Part shown: positions 52,588 to 61,515 of the stretch, piece by piece
Layout: the number at the start of each line of letters is the position of its first letter
How positions within the stretch are numbered: the first letter of the stretch is position 1
NCBI GenBank assembly: GCA_964589975.1
Contig: CAZPVH010000001.1
Location: forward strand, 23,214-87,213
DNA: 64,000 nt
Direction: 5' to 3'
Source of the DNA: an uncultured Candidatus Saccharibacteria bacterium
Lineage (GTDB): Bacteria > Patescibacteriota > Minisyncoccia > Phycocordibacterales > CSBR16-119
Program-made: the position numbers and the translations under genes
Notes under the pieces: model-generated
The model's database searches: none
What the model was told of the DNA's origin: nothing
What the model saw: only the letters and a program-made list of their open reading frames with translations

Positions 52588-53103
52588 TTAGTAGTATTCT
52601 CGCATTACTTTCTTCAATTTGTCGATCGACCGGTGAATCTTTACGGATACGTTATTCGGGGTCATTCCTGTGGCTTCGCTGATTTCCTTGATCGAGAGCT
52701 CGTTGACGTACCTCATGGTGAGCATCTCTCGGGCCTCTTCGTCTAGCTCATCTAATTTTCCGATCACGAATTTCTTGTCGAACTCAAGCTCTGTCACCTC
52801 TATCTCATCTTCTCCACTAAACTCTACTCCGGTTTCAGTGATGGCGTCCAAGGAGTAGGTCTTTTTCTTCCGCCGGTAATCGATTATGAGGTTTTTGGCG
52901 ACTTTGTATAAAAAGGCTTTGATGTTGTCTATGTCCTTGCCGTCTGACAAATATCCCCATGTTTTCATGAAAGTGTCTTGAACCATATCGACTGCAACCT
53001 CTCGGTTCGAAGTCTGGAAATGGCAATAGCGAAGAATTGCATCCGAATGGTCTTCGTAGCTCTTCATGAAAATATCCTTAATTTCTATATGATCTTTCGC
53101 CAT
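52588..53103 (-). CDS. ECF-type sigma-70 family RNA polymerase sigma factor
   Basis: Region 2 (DMVQDTFMKTWGY) and region 4 HTH (LSIKEISEATGMTPNNVSVKIHR). Confidence 0.85.
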   Translation of the reverse strand: MAKDHIEIKDIFMKSYEDHSDAILRYCHFQTSNREVAVDMVQDTFMKTWGYLSDGKDIDNIKAFLYKVAKNLIIDYRRKKKTYSLDAITETGVEFSGEDEIEVTELEFDKKFVIGKLDELDEEAREMLTMRYVNELSIKEISEATGMTPNNVSVKIHRSIDKLKKVMREYY

Positions 53104-53156
53104 ATATGACGTTTCGGGGCCCTAATTATTACAAATTAGATACTAACATATTAACG

Positions 53157-53183
53157 CTAAAACCCCTTATTTTCAGGGGTTTT
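53157..53183. terminator. hairpin/terminator (aaaacccct-tattttc-aggggtttt)
   Basis: Palindrome with A/T runs on both sides. The arm ttttcaggggttttt recurs as a direct repeat at 53288-53309. Confidence 0.45.
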
Positions 53184-53358
53184 AGCAATACGTATCGCTA
53201 TTTTTTGAACCTCCATCCTTCCAGGCGGTAATCCTTGCAGAAATAGCAAAGTGTCCAGAATGCCGGGGTGATTACCAAGATTTCCATGTTTTCAGGGGTT
53301 TTTGTTTCGGTTCGGCTTTTATGACGACACAAATTTGCCAATCTTACAATCCTTAATT

Positions 53359-53922
53359 TCAGATCTTTTGTAGGATGAGCGAGATCTTTTTGAAATCTTC
53401 TATCAGGGTGTCCCTCATTGAGCCGTTATACAAAGCAGCAGCGGGATGGTAAAGAGGGAAGAAGTACTCGGTTTCAAACCCTTTGATTTTTTTGTGCAAA
53501 AGTTTGCCATGAACGAGCGAGATTTTCTCTGTTGGAAAAAATCTCTGCATGGCGTGGCGGCCGAGAAAAATAATAATTTTTGGCTCGATGAAATTTAACT
53601 CTTCCATTAGCCAGGGCAGGCAAGCTTCGATCTCGTCCGGCTCGGGGTCCCGATTATTTGGCGGGCGATACTTCACAACGTTCGTGATATAGATTTCTTC
53701 TCGCTTCATCTTTATGGTCTCGAGCATTTCAGCCAAGAATTTTCCCGAGCGTCCGACGAAAGGTCGGCCCTGGATGTCTTCGTCTTTTCCCGGAGCTTCG
53801 CCAATGAAAACAATTTGTGAAGCGGGGTTTCCATCTCCAAAGACAGGCTGAGTCGCCAAAGGCTTCAACTTACAATCATTTTGTTTATGCCATTTTTGGT
53901 GGAGTTCCAGGAGTTTTTGCAT
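53359..53922 (-). CDS. udg: family-4 uracil-DNA glycosylase
   Basis: GEAPGKDEDIQGRPFVGRSGKFL motif. Confidence 0.88.
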   Translation of the reverse strand: MQKLLELHQKWHKQNDCKLKPLATQPVFGDGNPASQIVFIGEAPGKDEDIQGRPFVGRSGKFLAEMLETIKMKREEIYITNVVKYRPPNNRDPEPDEIEACLPWLMEELNFIEPKIIIFLGRHAMQRFFPTEKISLVHGKLLHKKIKGFETEYFFPLYHPAAALYNGSMRDTLIEDFKKISLILQKI

Positions 53923-53959
53923 GTAGCAATTCTAATACAGTTCTGCTAATATTTCACGC

Positions 53960-54241
53960 ATGGGTCACGTTAGAGATAATAAATTTTATTATGTTTACGT
54001 GCTCAGGAGTTTGAAAGATGTTAAGTGGTATATCGGATATACGAGTAACCTACGGGAACGCTTCGTCGAACATGGTAAAAATATCCGAGGTTGGACGAAA
54101 GGAAAAGGGCCATTTGAAATTATTTATTATGAAGCATCTATCGACGACGAGGATGCACGGTCGAGGGAATTATATATAAAAACTGGGATGGGGCGCAGAT
54201 ATCTAAACAATAGATTAAAGCGCTTTCTATCTCTAACGTGA
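53960..54241 (+). CDS. GIY-YIG nuclease-family small protein
   Basis: FYYVYVLRSLKDVKWYIGYTSNLRERFVEH. TAATAT -10 lies 7 nt upstream (leaderless-like). Confidence 0.75.
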   Translation: MGHVRDNKFYYVYVLRSLKDVKWYIGYTSNLRERFVEHGKNIRGWTKGKGPFEIIYYEASIDDEDARSRELYIKTGMGRRYLNNRLKRFLSLT

Positions 54242-54474
54242 TGGGAATCAAAGATTTTTTTATGAAGAAAATGCTCGGGAGCCAGCTCAAGAAGTCTGGT
54301 TTGCCTGAAGCGCAGCAGGAGAAGGTGATGAACGCTATGATGGCGAACCCAGAACTCTTTCAGAAGATCGCAAAAGAGATAAAAGAGCTTGAAAAGGGAG
54401 GCAAGAATCAAATGTTTGCTTCCATGGAAGTTATGAAGAAATACCAAAGTGAACTTCAGAAAATAATGCAGTGA
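54241..54474 (+). CDS. Met-rich (14% Met) helical small protein, 77 aa
   Basis: Stop/start overlap (gTGATGg) with the GIY-YIG gene suggests translational coupling; terminator follows. Confidence 0.55.
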   Translation: MGIKDFFMKKMLGSQLKKSGLPEAQQEKVMNAMMANPELFQKIAKEIKELEKGGKNQMFASMEVMKKYQSELQKIMQ

Positions 54475-54805
54475 GAATGAAAGAAAATCCCTCCACAAAA
54501 GGGATTTTCTTTTTGGGTTGGGTAAATAGTGTATCAGCTTGACAAATAAGCATTTTTTTACCACTAGATAAATACGAGAGCATTTCGTTCAGGGCTTGTT
54601 CAAAAGTTTGACCTTCGAATCTGAATTCCTGGCTTTTGGATTCAGGCCAAAGTTCGATCCCGTTTGCGCCGTTGATCAAGAATAGTCCAGCGGAGGTTAT
54701 CTCAATCGAGATAAAATTCATTGCGACTTTGCTCTTAGATCGAAGAGTCTTTTGTAGCTTCCACAGGAGAACTCGAGCCTCTTCTTGATTCGTAACCTTT
54801 TTCAT
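54431..54805 (-). CDS. hypothetical protein, 124 aa (uncertain; its 3' end overlaps a convergent gene and a terminator)
   Basis: ORF present, but the C-terminal 40 codons run through the terminator hairpin and antisense to the Met-rich gene. Confidence 0.3.
   Translation of the reverse strand: MKKVTNQEEARVLLWKLQKTLRSKSKVAMNFISIEITSAGLFLINGANGIELWPESKSQEFRFEGQTFEQALNEMLSYLSSGKKMLICQADTLFTQPKKKIPFVEGFSFILTALFSEVHFGISS
54483..54516 (+). terminator. terminator (aaaatccctccacaaaagggatttt + T-run)
   Basis: Hairpin. Confidence 0.65.
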
Positions 54806-54878
54806 CAGCGGTGTTTTTCTTCACTCTACTCAAGTAGAAACAATTGTCAAACCGTCGATTTTCGGCTATATTTCATCC

Positions 54879-55973
54879 ATGCAAATTGGAATCGTGGGTT
54901 TACCAAATGTCGGGAAGAGCACTCTTTTCAACGCACTTACAAAAAAGGGCGTTTTGGCGGCAAATTACCCGTTTGCGACCATCGATCCGTCTGTCGGTAT
55001 TGTGCCGGTTCCGGATGAAAGGCTCGAGAAGCTTTCAGCTTTTTCTGAATCCAAGAAGACCATTCCAGCCGTGATCGAATTCGTCGACATTGCCGGACTC
55101 GTCGAAGGCGCGTCGAAGGGCGAAGGTCTCGGGAACAAATTCCTAACCCACATTCGTGAAGTGGACGCAATATTACAGATGGTGCGAATTTTTCCACTTG
55201 AAACTTCCGGAACCGAAATTATTCACGTGTATGGCAACATTGATCCACTTCGAGATATTAAAGTTATAAACATGGAGCTAATCCTCGCCGATCTCGAGTC
55301 TGTCGATAAAAGAATTGGAAATATCTCGCGTGATGCGAAGCGTGGTGAAAAAACAGCTGTTGCCGAAGATGCTGTGCTTCAGAAAGTAAAAAAAGTTCTC
55401 GAAGAAGAAAAGATGGCGAACACTCTCGAGCTAACTGAAGCCGAAGAGAAAATTTTGAAGAGCATGAATCTCCTGACATCAAAGAAAATGATTTTTGGAC
55501 TCAATAAAAAGTCAGGCGTGCAAAATCTCGACGCCACAGATCCAGCAAAATTCGCTGAGCTTACGAAACATATCGAAGACTCAGGCTATGAATATGTCTT
55601 GATTGACGCAAAGACCGAAGATGAGCTTCGCGACATGACAGTCGATGAGAAAAAAGAATTTCGTGAGGGAAGTGATGACGGAATAAATGAACTCATTTTG
55701 AAAAGCTATAAACTCCTAGGGCTTATGACATATCTTACGACCGGCCCCGAAGAATCTCGAGCTTGGACAGTGAAAATTGGTTCAACTGCACCACAAGCTG
55801 GCGCTGCAATTCACACAGACTTCCTGACGAAATTCATTCGCGCGCAGGTGATAAATTGGCAGGATTTACTCGATGCCGGTTCGATTGGAAACGCTCGAAG
55901 CAAAGGACTCCTTCGGACAGAAGGCAAGGAATATGTCGTCAAAGATGGGGATGTGATCGAGTTCATGGTGTAA
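54879..55973 (+). CDS. ychF: ribosome-binding ATPase YchF (Obg family)
   Basis: G1 GLPNVGKST and a C-terminal TGS domain. Confidence 0.95.
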   Translation: MQIGIVGLPNVGKSTLFNALTKKGVLAANYPFATIDPSVGIVPVPDERLEKLSAFSESKKTIPAVIEFVDIAGLVEGASKGEGLGNKFLTHIREVDAILQMVRIFPLETSGTEIIHVYGNIDPLRDIKVINMELILADLESVDKRIGNISRDAKRGEKTAVAEDAVLQKVKKVLEEEKMANTLELTEAEEKILKSMNLLTSKKMIFGLNKKSGVQNLDATDPAKFAELTKHIEDSGYEYVLIDAKTEDELRDMTVDEKKEFREGSDDGINELILKSYKLLGLMTYLTTGPEESRAWTVKIGSTAPQAGAAIHTDFLTKFIRAQVINWQDLLDAGSIGNARSKGLLRTEGKEYVVKDGDVIEFMV

Positions 55974-55984
55974 ATATTTAATTG

Positions 55985-56015
55985 AAAAGCCCCCGACACG
56001 TGTCGGGGGCTTTGG
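55985..56015. terminator. bidirectional terminator (gcccccgacacgtgtcgggggc)
   Basis: Perfect hairpin. Confidence 0.7.
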
Positions 56016-56026
56016 CTTACAGCTTG

Positions 56027-56419
56027 TCATATGGTCGACTCGTTATCTGCGTCAGCAGGTCTGGCAATCAGCTTCTTGCCGGGTGTGATCGAAGTCGAGT
56101 AACCCTGCTCGGACTTGTACATCTGGATGGGGTCGTCTACAACGAAGAGGCTGATCTCGGTACCGACCGGAAGAGGATCTCCTTCGAAGAAGATCGGACC
56201 AACCTTGTCCATGAAGTCGTCGTAGTAATAGGCTTGGCTGGGCCAGCCACCGATCGCCATATAGAAGTTCGTATCGAGCGGATTCTTCTTCAGCGTGTAT
56301 GTTTTTTCGCTGAAGTAAGGCTTCATGGTCGAAGTTTTGGACTCCATGACCGAAACGGACTCATGACTTCCGCAGCTTGCGAGGAGTGCTATGCATGCAG
56401 TGAAAAGGACTGTTCTCAT
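56027..56419 (-). CDS. lipoprotein (lipobox LLASC), high-GC3 gene
   Basis: Signal peptide with L-A-S-C lipobox; GC-rich codon usage. Confidence 0.6.
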   Translation of the reverse strand: MRTVLFTACIALLASCGSHESVSVMESKTSTMKPYFSEKTYTLKKNPLDTNFYMAIGGWPSQAYYYDDFMDKVGPIFFEGDPLPVGTEISLFVVDDPIQMYKSEQGYSTSITPGKKLIARPADADNESTI

Positions 56420-56470
56420 GTGTGTTTGTTTTGCCCTCTATTTTGCATATCAAAACTCATTTGTCAAAGA

Positions 56471-56500
56471 AAAGACCCCCAGCCATGCCGGGGGTCTTCT
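56471..56500 (-). terminator. terminator (gacccccggcatggctgggggtc)
   Basis: Hairpin; followed on the minus strand by TTGACA. Confidence 0.6.
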
Positions 56501-56512
56501 AAAGTTCTGTGG

Positions 56513-57052
56513 CTACTTCTCCCGCTCAACGAGCTGGATGGTGTATGTGTCCTTGTCATGCATCGGATCATAGAGGAATCTGTGCCCCTCGAGTCCCGTC
56601 ATGTTCGTCATGAGACGCGTTCGGTTCATCGCCGGCGACTTTGTCCCGTCTTTGTCCGAGATGAAGGCCATGTCGCACATCGAGCAGTAATGGAACGTTG
56701 AGTCTGGCGCAATGGCGAAGCCGAGCGTATCCGAAGTCTGGGCATCCGGATCCTTGAAGTAGAGGTCGTAATCATAAACGCCTTTGCTCACGAATTTCGG
56801 TCGCGCGAAGATCTGGCAGCGGAAAGGGAAGCAGGCGTAGAGCGTGTCCCCAGTTTGCGGATCGCGGAGTCCGAAGAAGTTCGGATGTCCGGCGCTCTGC
56901 TTTTTCAGCCTAAGTTCCTTCCAGCCGTTCGTGGTGTCTGCGCCGAGCGTCTGGGGCTTCGGCAGGTCCGGGTTGGTTTGAGCGTTTGCCACAAGAGGGA
57001 AAAGAGAGGCGAGCCCAACGACGAGAGCGATTTCTGCTAACAGGTTTTTCAT
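56513..57052 (-). CDS. secreted protein, 179 aa, high-GC3 gene
   Basis: Signal peptide ...LVANA|QTNP; 4 Cys; GC-rich. Confidence 0.6.
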   Translation of the reverse strand: MKNLLAEIALVVGLASLFPLVANAQTNPDLPKPQTLGADTTNGWKELRLKKQSAGHPNFFGLRDPQTGDTLYACFPFRCQIFARPKFVSKGVYDYDLYFKDPDAQTSDTLGFAIAPDSTFHYCSMCDMAFISDKDGTKSPAMNRTRLMTNMTGLEGHRFLYDPMHDKDTYTIQLVEREK

Positions 57053-57070
57053 GTGAACTGGTTTACTCTG

Positions 57071-57098
57071 ATTATACGTATGAAAGTCTTTTTGTCAA
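57071..57098 (-). promoter_or_regulatory. consensus sigma70 promoter TTGACA-N16-TATAAT
   Basis: Minus strand: tTTGACAaaaagactttcatacgTATAAT. Confidence 0.6.
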
Positions 57099-57099
57099 A

Positions 57100-57127
57100 T
57101 ATAAAAGGCCCCCGCGAAGCGGGGGCC
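57100..57127 (-). terminator. terminator (ggcccccgcgaagcgggggcc)
   Basis: Perfect hairpin. Confidence 0.65.
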
Positions 57128-57323
57128 CATAGTACTTGAGTAGAACTTATTGATCACCCAACCTGAGACCGATCATTGCGAGAACATATATTGCGATGTT
57201 CCGCAGATTCTTCAGGCCATACTTCCTGACTCGTTTCCAATCCCAATCAAGTATCGGGACCGGCTGCCAGACTTGCCTCCTTCTCACGGCCATATCCGAC
57301 GAGTGTTTGGTGTTCTGGTCAGA

Positions 57324-57731
57324 TCAGAGTTCGTCCGGCTTCTTCGACTTCATGCGGACGTTGTCTTGGCCGCTTTGATCTTCGAAGATGAGGCTCTCGT
57401 CTCCGTAGGGGAGCGCTTGGCAGTCGCGCGCTTCGCGTTCCGCCTCTTCGCATACCTCGGGCGAATCGCTCCATGTGTCGAGCTCCTTGTCGCCATCGGT
57501 GTCGACGGCATAGGTGAATGCGGGGCGTTCTTCGACGACTCCATTCTCAAAGCGGATGGTGTCGATCCAATGCACGTATTCCTGACCGGTCTGGTTGAAG
57601 AGATAGGTCGGAGCGCATGCCGTCTGATGACGGTGCTCGATGGTGATGTCGCCTTGGGCTTTGCTGCTCAAGAGCGCTGCGGCCAGGGCGGTAACGCACA
57701 GGGCGCGAAGCATGATGCTGTTGGTTTTCAT
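57324..57731 (-). CDS. secreted protein, 135 aa, high-GC3 gene
   Basis: Signal peptide ...LLSSKA|QGDI; acidic; 4 Cys. Confidence 0.6.
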   Translation of the reverse strand: MKTNSIMLRALCVTALAAALLSSKAQGDITIEHRHQTACAPTYLFNQTGQEYVHWIDTIRFENGVVEERPAFTYAVDTDGDKELDTWSDSPEVCEEAEREARDCQALPYGDESLIFEDQSGQDNVRMKSKKPDEL

Positions 57732-57752
57732 TGTCCTAATGGTTTTGCTCGT

Positions 57753-57780
57753 ATTATAGCATATATACGTTATTTGTCAA
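57753..57780 (-). promoter_or_regulatory. consensus sigma70 promoter TTGACA-N16-TATAAT
   Basis: Minus strand: cTTGACAaataacgtatatatgcTATAAT. Confidence 0.6.
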
Positions 57781-57912
57781 GGATAAGAATGGTTGAAAAT
57801 TCCTTTATCCGCAAACCTATTTTTTGTTGGTTCTATGAACATGCGCCATCGGCGCGATCAAAAATAGGTGTGCGGGCTTTGAGAAAAAGCCTATTTTTGG
57901 TAAAATCCTGCC

Positions 57913-58536
57913 ATGGTTATCCAACATTTTGGCAAGCAGTTTTTTAAGATTTCCCAGGGAGATTTTACCGTAGCTGTAAATCCGGTTTCAAAGGATTCCG
58001 GAGATTTCAATAAGGCTAAATTCGGTTCCAATGCCGTGCTCATTACCACAAATCATCCTGACTACAATGGCATCGATAACGCGACTTTTGGTGAGAATTC
58101 GCCGTTCGTGATTGACGGTCCCGGCGAATATGAAGTCGGCGACATGTACGTTCAGGGATTTGAATCTAAAGCCGAGATCGACAAGAAAGAATATATAAAT
58201 TCAATTTATCTCATCACCCTCGAAGAGATCAAAATTGTTTTCATCGGCGCGCTCACAAGTCGCGACTCTATTCCAAAGAGCTTCGTCGAAGCTGTTGATG
58301 AGCCGGATCTCTTCTTTGTGCCCATCGGTGGAAAGTCGACGATCGACGCTGAAACCGCGCACAAGCTCGCAAACTCTTTCAATGCAAAGGTTGTTGTGCC
58401 GATGGATTATGATGCCGCATCGCTCAAGTCTTTCCTCAAAGAATCCGGAGCCGAAGGCGTGAAGCCGGTCGACAAGCTGACGATCAAGAAAAAAGATTTT
58501 CTTGGCAAAGCAGGAGAGGTTGTTATTTTAGAATAA
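57913..58536 (+). CDS. metallo-beta-lactamase-fold hydrolase-like protein (UPF0173/Lactamase_B_3-like), possibly a degenerate metal site
   Basis: Overall pattern of UPF0173 proteins. The HxHxDH motif is reduced to NHPDYNG. TAAAAT -10 lies 6 nt upstream of the ATG. Confidence 0.5.
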   Translation: MVIQHFGKQFFKISQGDFTVAVNPVSKDSGDFNKAKFGSNAVLITTNHPDYNGIDNATFGENSPFVIDGPGEYEVGDMYVQGFESKAEIDKKEYINSIYLITLEEIKIVFIGALTSRDSIPKSFVEAVDEPDLFFVPIGGKSTIDAETAHKLANSFNAKVVVPMDYDAASLKSFLKESGAEGVKPVDKLTIKKKDFLGKAGEVVILE

Positions 58537-58540
58537 GCGT

Positions 58541-58819
58541 ATGGGGCTTCTCGAAGATGCTAGATCAAAGTCGGCGTCAGAAAAGAATAAGATTGCGCTC
58601 ATCACTGCGGCGGTCCTGACGGCGCTAATCGTTGGGATCTGGTACTTGGCTCTCAGGGATGTGCCCGAAGACACAGCGGTCAAAGAAAATTCGACCGCAG
58701 AGAGTCTTAAGCCGCTCTTTTTAATCTTCAAGGGGGCAAAAGAAGAGATGACCGAGATAAGGAAAGATGTGAAGAATTATAAAGAAGAGTCCAAAGAAAA
58801 GAAGCCACTAACCGAATAA
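58541..58819 (+). CDS. small membrane protein, 92 aa
   Basis: One TM helix; directly upstream of gyrA. Confidence 0.5.
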   Translation: MGLLEDARSKSASEKNKIALITAAVLTALIVGIWYLALRDVPEDTAVKENSTAESLKPLFLIFKGAKEEMTEIRKDVKNYKEESKEKKPLTE

Positions 58820-58824
58820 AATAT

Positions 58825-61290
58825 ATGGCAAAAGAAAAAGAAAAAATAATCGAAAGTGTCGGAGGAAGCGACAAGATCATCGGGGCAAATATCGTTTCCG
58901 AGATGAAAGACTCGTACCTGGCGTACGCCATGTCGGTTATCACTAGCCGAGCTCTTCCTGACGTTCGCGACGGCCTAAAGCCGGTGCATCGCCGTATTCT
59001 TTATACTATGCACAAGATGGGCATTACCTCACAGGCTAAATTCGTGAAGTCCGCCAGAATCGTCGGAGAAGTTCTCGGTAAATATCACCCGCATGGAGAC
59101 TCTTCTGTTTATGACGCCATGGTTAACACTGCTCAAGAATTTTCTTTCCGCTATCCTTTGGTCCTTGGTCAAGGAAACTTTGGCTCGATCGACGGCGACT
59201 CAGCCGCGGCCATGCGATATACCGAGGCCAAAATGTCAAAAATTTCTTCTGAGCTTCTTGCTGATATAGAGAAAAACACTGTCGACTTCCGTCCAAATTA
59301 TGATGATACCTTGAAAGAGCCGACCGTGCTCCCATCTGCCGTTCCGGCGCTACTTTTGAATGGAACTCTTGGAATTGCCGTCGGTATGGCAACAAACATT
59401 CCTCCGCACAATCTACGCGAAGTCGTCGACGCAACGATCCATCTCATCGATAATCCGAAAGCAACAACAGAAGAACTGACAGAGTTTATCCAGGCCCCAG
59501 ATTTTCCAACTGGCGGAATTGTGTATAACAAAAAAGATCTTTTGACCGCCTATTCCACAGGTCGTGGTGGTGTTGTTACGCGCGGAGAAGCGGAAATAGT
59601 AGAGACGAAGCTTGGTCAGTCTCAGATCATCATCAAGTCACTGCCATTTCGTGTCGTGAAGTCGAATCTGGTTGAGCAGATTGCTGATTTGGTTCGAGAG
59701 AAAAAAATCATCGGTCTCAAGGACCTGAGAGACGAGTCAACAGACGACACTCGTGTCGTTATTGAGCTCAAGAGTTCGGCGCATCCGCAGAAAATATTGA
59801 ACTACCTCTACAAGCATACTCAGCTAGAGCAGAATTTTAACTTCAACATGGTCGCTCTTGTCGACGGCGTACCACAAACTCTTGCTCTAAAAGATTTCCT
59901 TTCAGAATTTATCGGTCACCGCGAGATTGTTGTTAGGCGCCGAACGCAGTTTGACCTCGACAAGGCTTTGGCCCGCGAGCACATCTTGCTTGGTCTCAAA
60001 ATTGCCCTTGATCATATTGATGAAATCATCAAGGTTATCCGCGCATCAAAGGATGTTGCTGAAGCGAAAGTAAACCTCATGAAGAAGTGGAAATTCTCTG
60101 ATCTCCAAGCGCAGGCAATCCTTGAAATGCGCCTCCAAAAGCTTGCCGGACTCGAGAGAAAGGCTATCGAAGAAGAGCTCAAAGAGAAGCAGGCTTTGAT
60201 TGCGCATCTCCGAGATCTCCTTTCCAGCGCGAAAAAGATCCTGAAGGTCATCAGTAATGAACTCAAAGAAATTCGAGAGAAGCACGGTGATGATCGTCGA
60301 ACTAAATTCGTGAAAGGCGGCGTCCGCGAAATTTCTGAAGAAGATCTGATTCCTGAGTCGGAATCAGTCCTCGTGTTTACGGCCGGAGGTTACGTCAAGC
60401 GAACTGATCCGAATGAATACCGCGCCCAAAAGCGTGGCGGTGTTGGAGTCGTTGATCTCGAGACCAAAGAAGAAGACGTGGTGACGCACCTTCTCACGAC
60501 TTCGACTCATAGCGACCTCTTGTTCTTCACCAATCGCGGCAAGGCATATCAGCTAAAGATGTACGACATACCTGAAGGTCGCCGCGCAACCAAGGGCAAG
60601 TCTGTTATGAACTTCCTTCAGCTCTCGGCTGATGAGAAAGTGACGTCCATCGTTCCGATGGAGAAAGATATGAAGGCCAATAGTCCGTTTCTTCTATTAG
60701 TTACCAGGAAGGGTGTGGCGAAAAAGATGGAAGCCGAATCATTCAAGGATGTCCGCCGTTCCGGGCTTATCGCTATCAAGCTAGACGACGGCGACGAGCT
60801 TCTTTCTGCGAATTTCCTCGACAAATCTGATGAGATTATCATGGCGACCAAGATGGGCCAATCAATCCGCTTCAAAGAAGCAGATGTTCGCGCCATGGGC
60901 CGCGCGGCTGGCGGCGTCAGAGGCATCAAGCTTGTGAAAGCGAGCGATAATGTAGTCGGCGTGTCTGTCGTCAATAAAAAAATGACCGATGCGTCATTCT
61001 TGGTCATTTCTGAAAATGGTCTTGGTAAAAGGAGCGAAATGGATGAATACAAAACTCAGGGCCGAGGCGGTTCAGGAATTAAAACTTTCAAGATCACGCC
61101 AAAGACCGGGAATGTTGTGGCAGCCGGCGTAGTGACGCCGGAGATGACAGAACTCATTGCCATGTCGAAGAAAGGCCAAGTCATCCGTGTTTCAATATCT
61201 GATGTGCCGGTCCAGTCTCGTTCGACTCAGGGCGTAAAGATCATGCGTCCGCGCGAAGGCGACACCCTGGCTTCGATTACATTCTTATAA
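58825..61290 (+). CDS. gyrA: DNA gyrase subunit A
   Basis: [26 protein letters not shown], active-site Tyr region, and C-terminal beta-pinwheel repeats. Confidence 0.97.
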   Translation: MAKEKEKIIESVGGSDKIIGANIVSEMKDSYLAYAMSVITSRALPDVRDGLKPVHRRILYTMHKMGITSQAKFVKSARIVGEVLGKYHPHGDSSVYDAMVNTAQEFSFRYPLVLGQGNFGSIDGDSAAAMRYTEAKMSKISSELLADIEKNTVDFRPNYDDTLKEPTVLPSAVPALLLNGTLGIAVGMATNIPPHNLREVVDATIHLIDNPKATTEELTEFIQAPDFPTGGIVYNKKDLLTAYSTGRGGVVTRGEAEIVETKLGQSQIIIKSLPFRVVKSNLVEQIADLVREKKIIGLKDLRDESTDDTRVVIELKSSAHPQKILNYLYKHTQLEQNFNFNMVALVDGVPQTLALKDFLSEFIGHREIVVRRRTQFDLDKALAREHILLGLKIALDHIDEIIKVIRASKDVAEAKVNLMKKWKFSDLQAQAILEMRLQKLAGLERKAIEEELKEKQALIAHLRDLLSSAKKILKVISNELKEIREKHGDDRRTKFVKGGVREISEEDLIPESESVLVFTAGGYVKRTDPNEYRAQKRGGVGVVDLETKEEDVVTHLLTTSTHSDLLFFTNRGKAYQLKMYDIPEGRRATKGKSVMNFLQLSADEKVTSIVPMEKDMKANSPFLLLVTRKGVAKKMEAESFKDVRRSGLIAIKLDDGDELLSANFLDKSDEIIMATKMGQSIRFKEADVRAMGRAAGGVRGIKLVKASDNVVGVSVVNKKMTDASFLVISENGLGKRSEMDEYKTQGRGGSGIKTFKITPKTGNVVAAGVVTPEMTELIAMSKKGQVIRVSISDVPVQSRSTQGVKIMRPREGDTLASITFL

Positions 61291-61299
61291 AATAAAACA

Positions 61300-61326
61300 G
61301 AAAGCCCCGATACTTCGGGGCTTTCT
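61300..61326. terminator. bidirectional terminator (gccccgatacttcggggc)
   Basis: Hairpin + T-run. Confidence 0.65.
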
Positions 61327-61330
61327 CGTA

Positions 61331-61477
61331 TTACGCGGAGGCGCCTGGCCTTGGCGCGCCAAAGATCATGATAGCGATAACACCAATTCCCGTAACCGCC
61401 AGGGAAAAGAGTCGTCCGACTATCAGCAAGATGATCGTCACTTGGATCGCTTCCAAAACCGGTTCGGGAATGTTCAT
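61331..61477 (-). CDS. 48-aa hydrophobic micro-protein (MNIPEPVLEAIQVTIILLIVGRLFSLAVTGIGVIAIMIFGAPRPGASA)
   Basis: ORF convergent with gyrA; one long hydrophobic segment; below the track cutoff. Confidence 0.3.
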   Translation of the reverse strand: MNIPEPVLEAIQVTIILLIVGRLFSLAVTGIGVIAIMIFGAPRPGASA

Positions 61478-61479
61478 GG

Positions 61480-61507
61480 TTGCAGGTTCTGGCAAGAATA
61501 GTAACAT
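61480..61507 (+). promoter_or_regulatory. uvrC promoter TTGCAG-N16-TAACAT; -10 ends 8 nt before the ATG (leaderless-like); contains the degenerate palindrome TAACATGTTT
   Basis: gTTGCAGgttctggcaagaatagTAACATgtttcaatATG. Confidence 0.45.
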
Positions 61508-61515
61508 GTTTCAAT

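Noticed and set aside
54539-54575. TTGACA with poor -10 inside the 124-aa minus-strand ORF
   Set aside because: No properly spaced -10 and no downstream plus-strand start within 300 nt.
57150-57947. 265-aa plus-strand ORF
   Set aside because: Spans a terminator, a promoter and the antisense of the GC-rich secreted-protein gene; open only because GC richness depletes stop codons.
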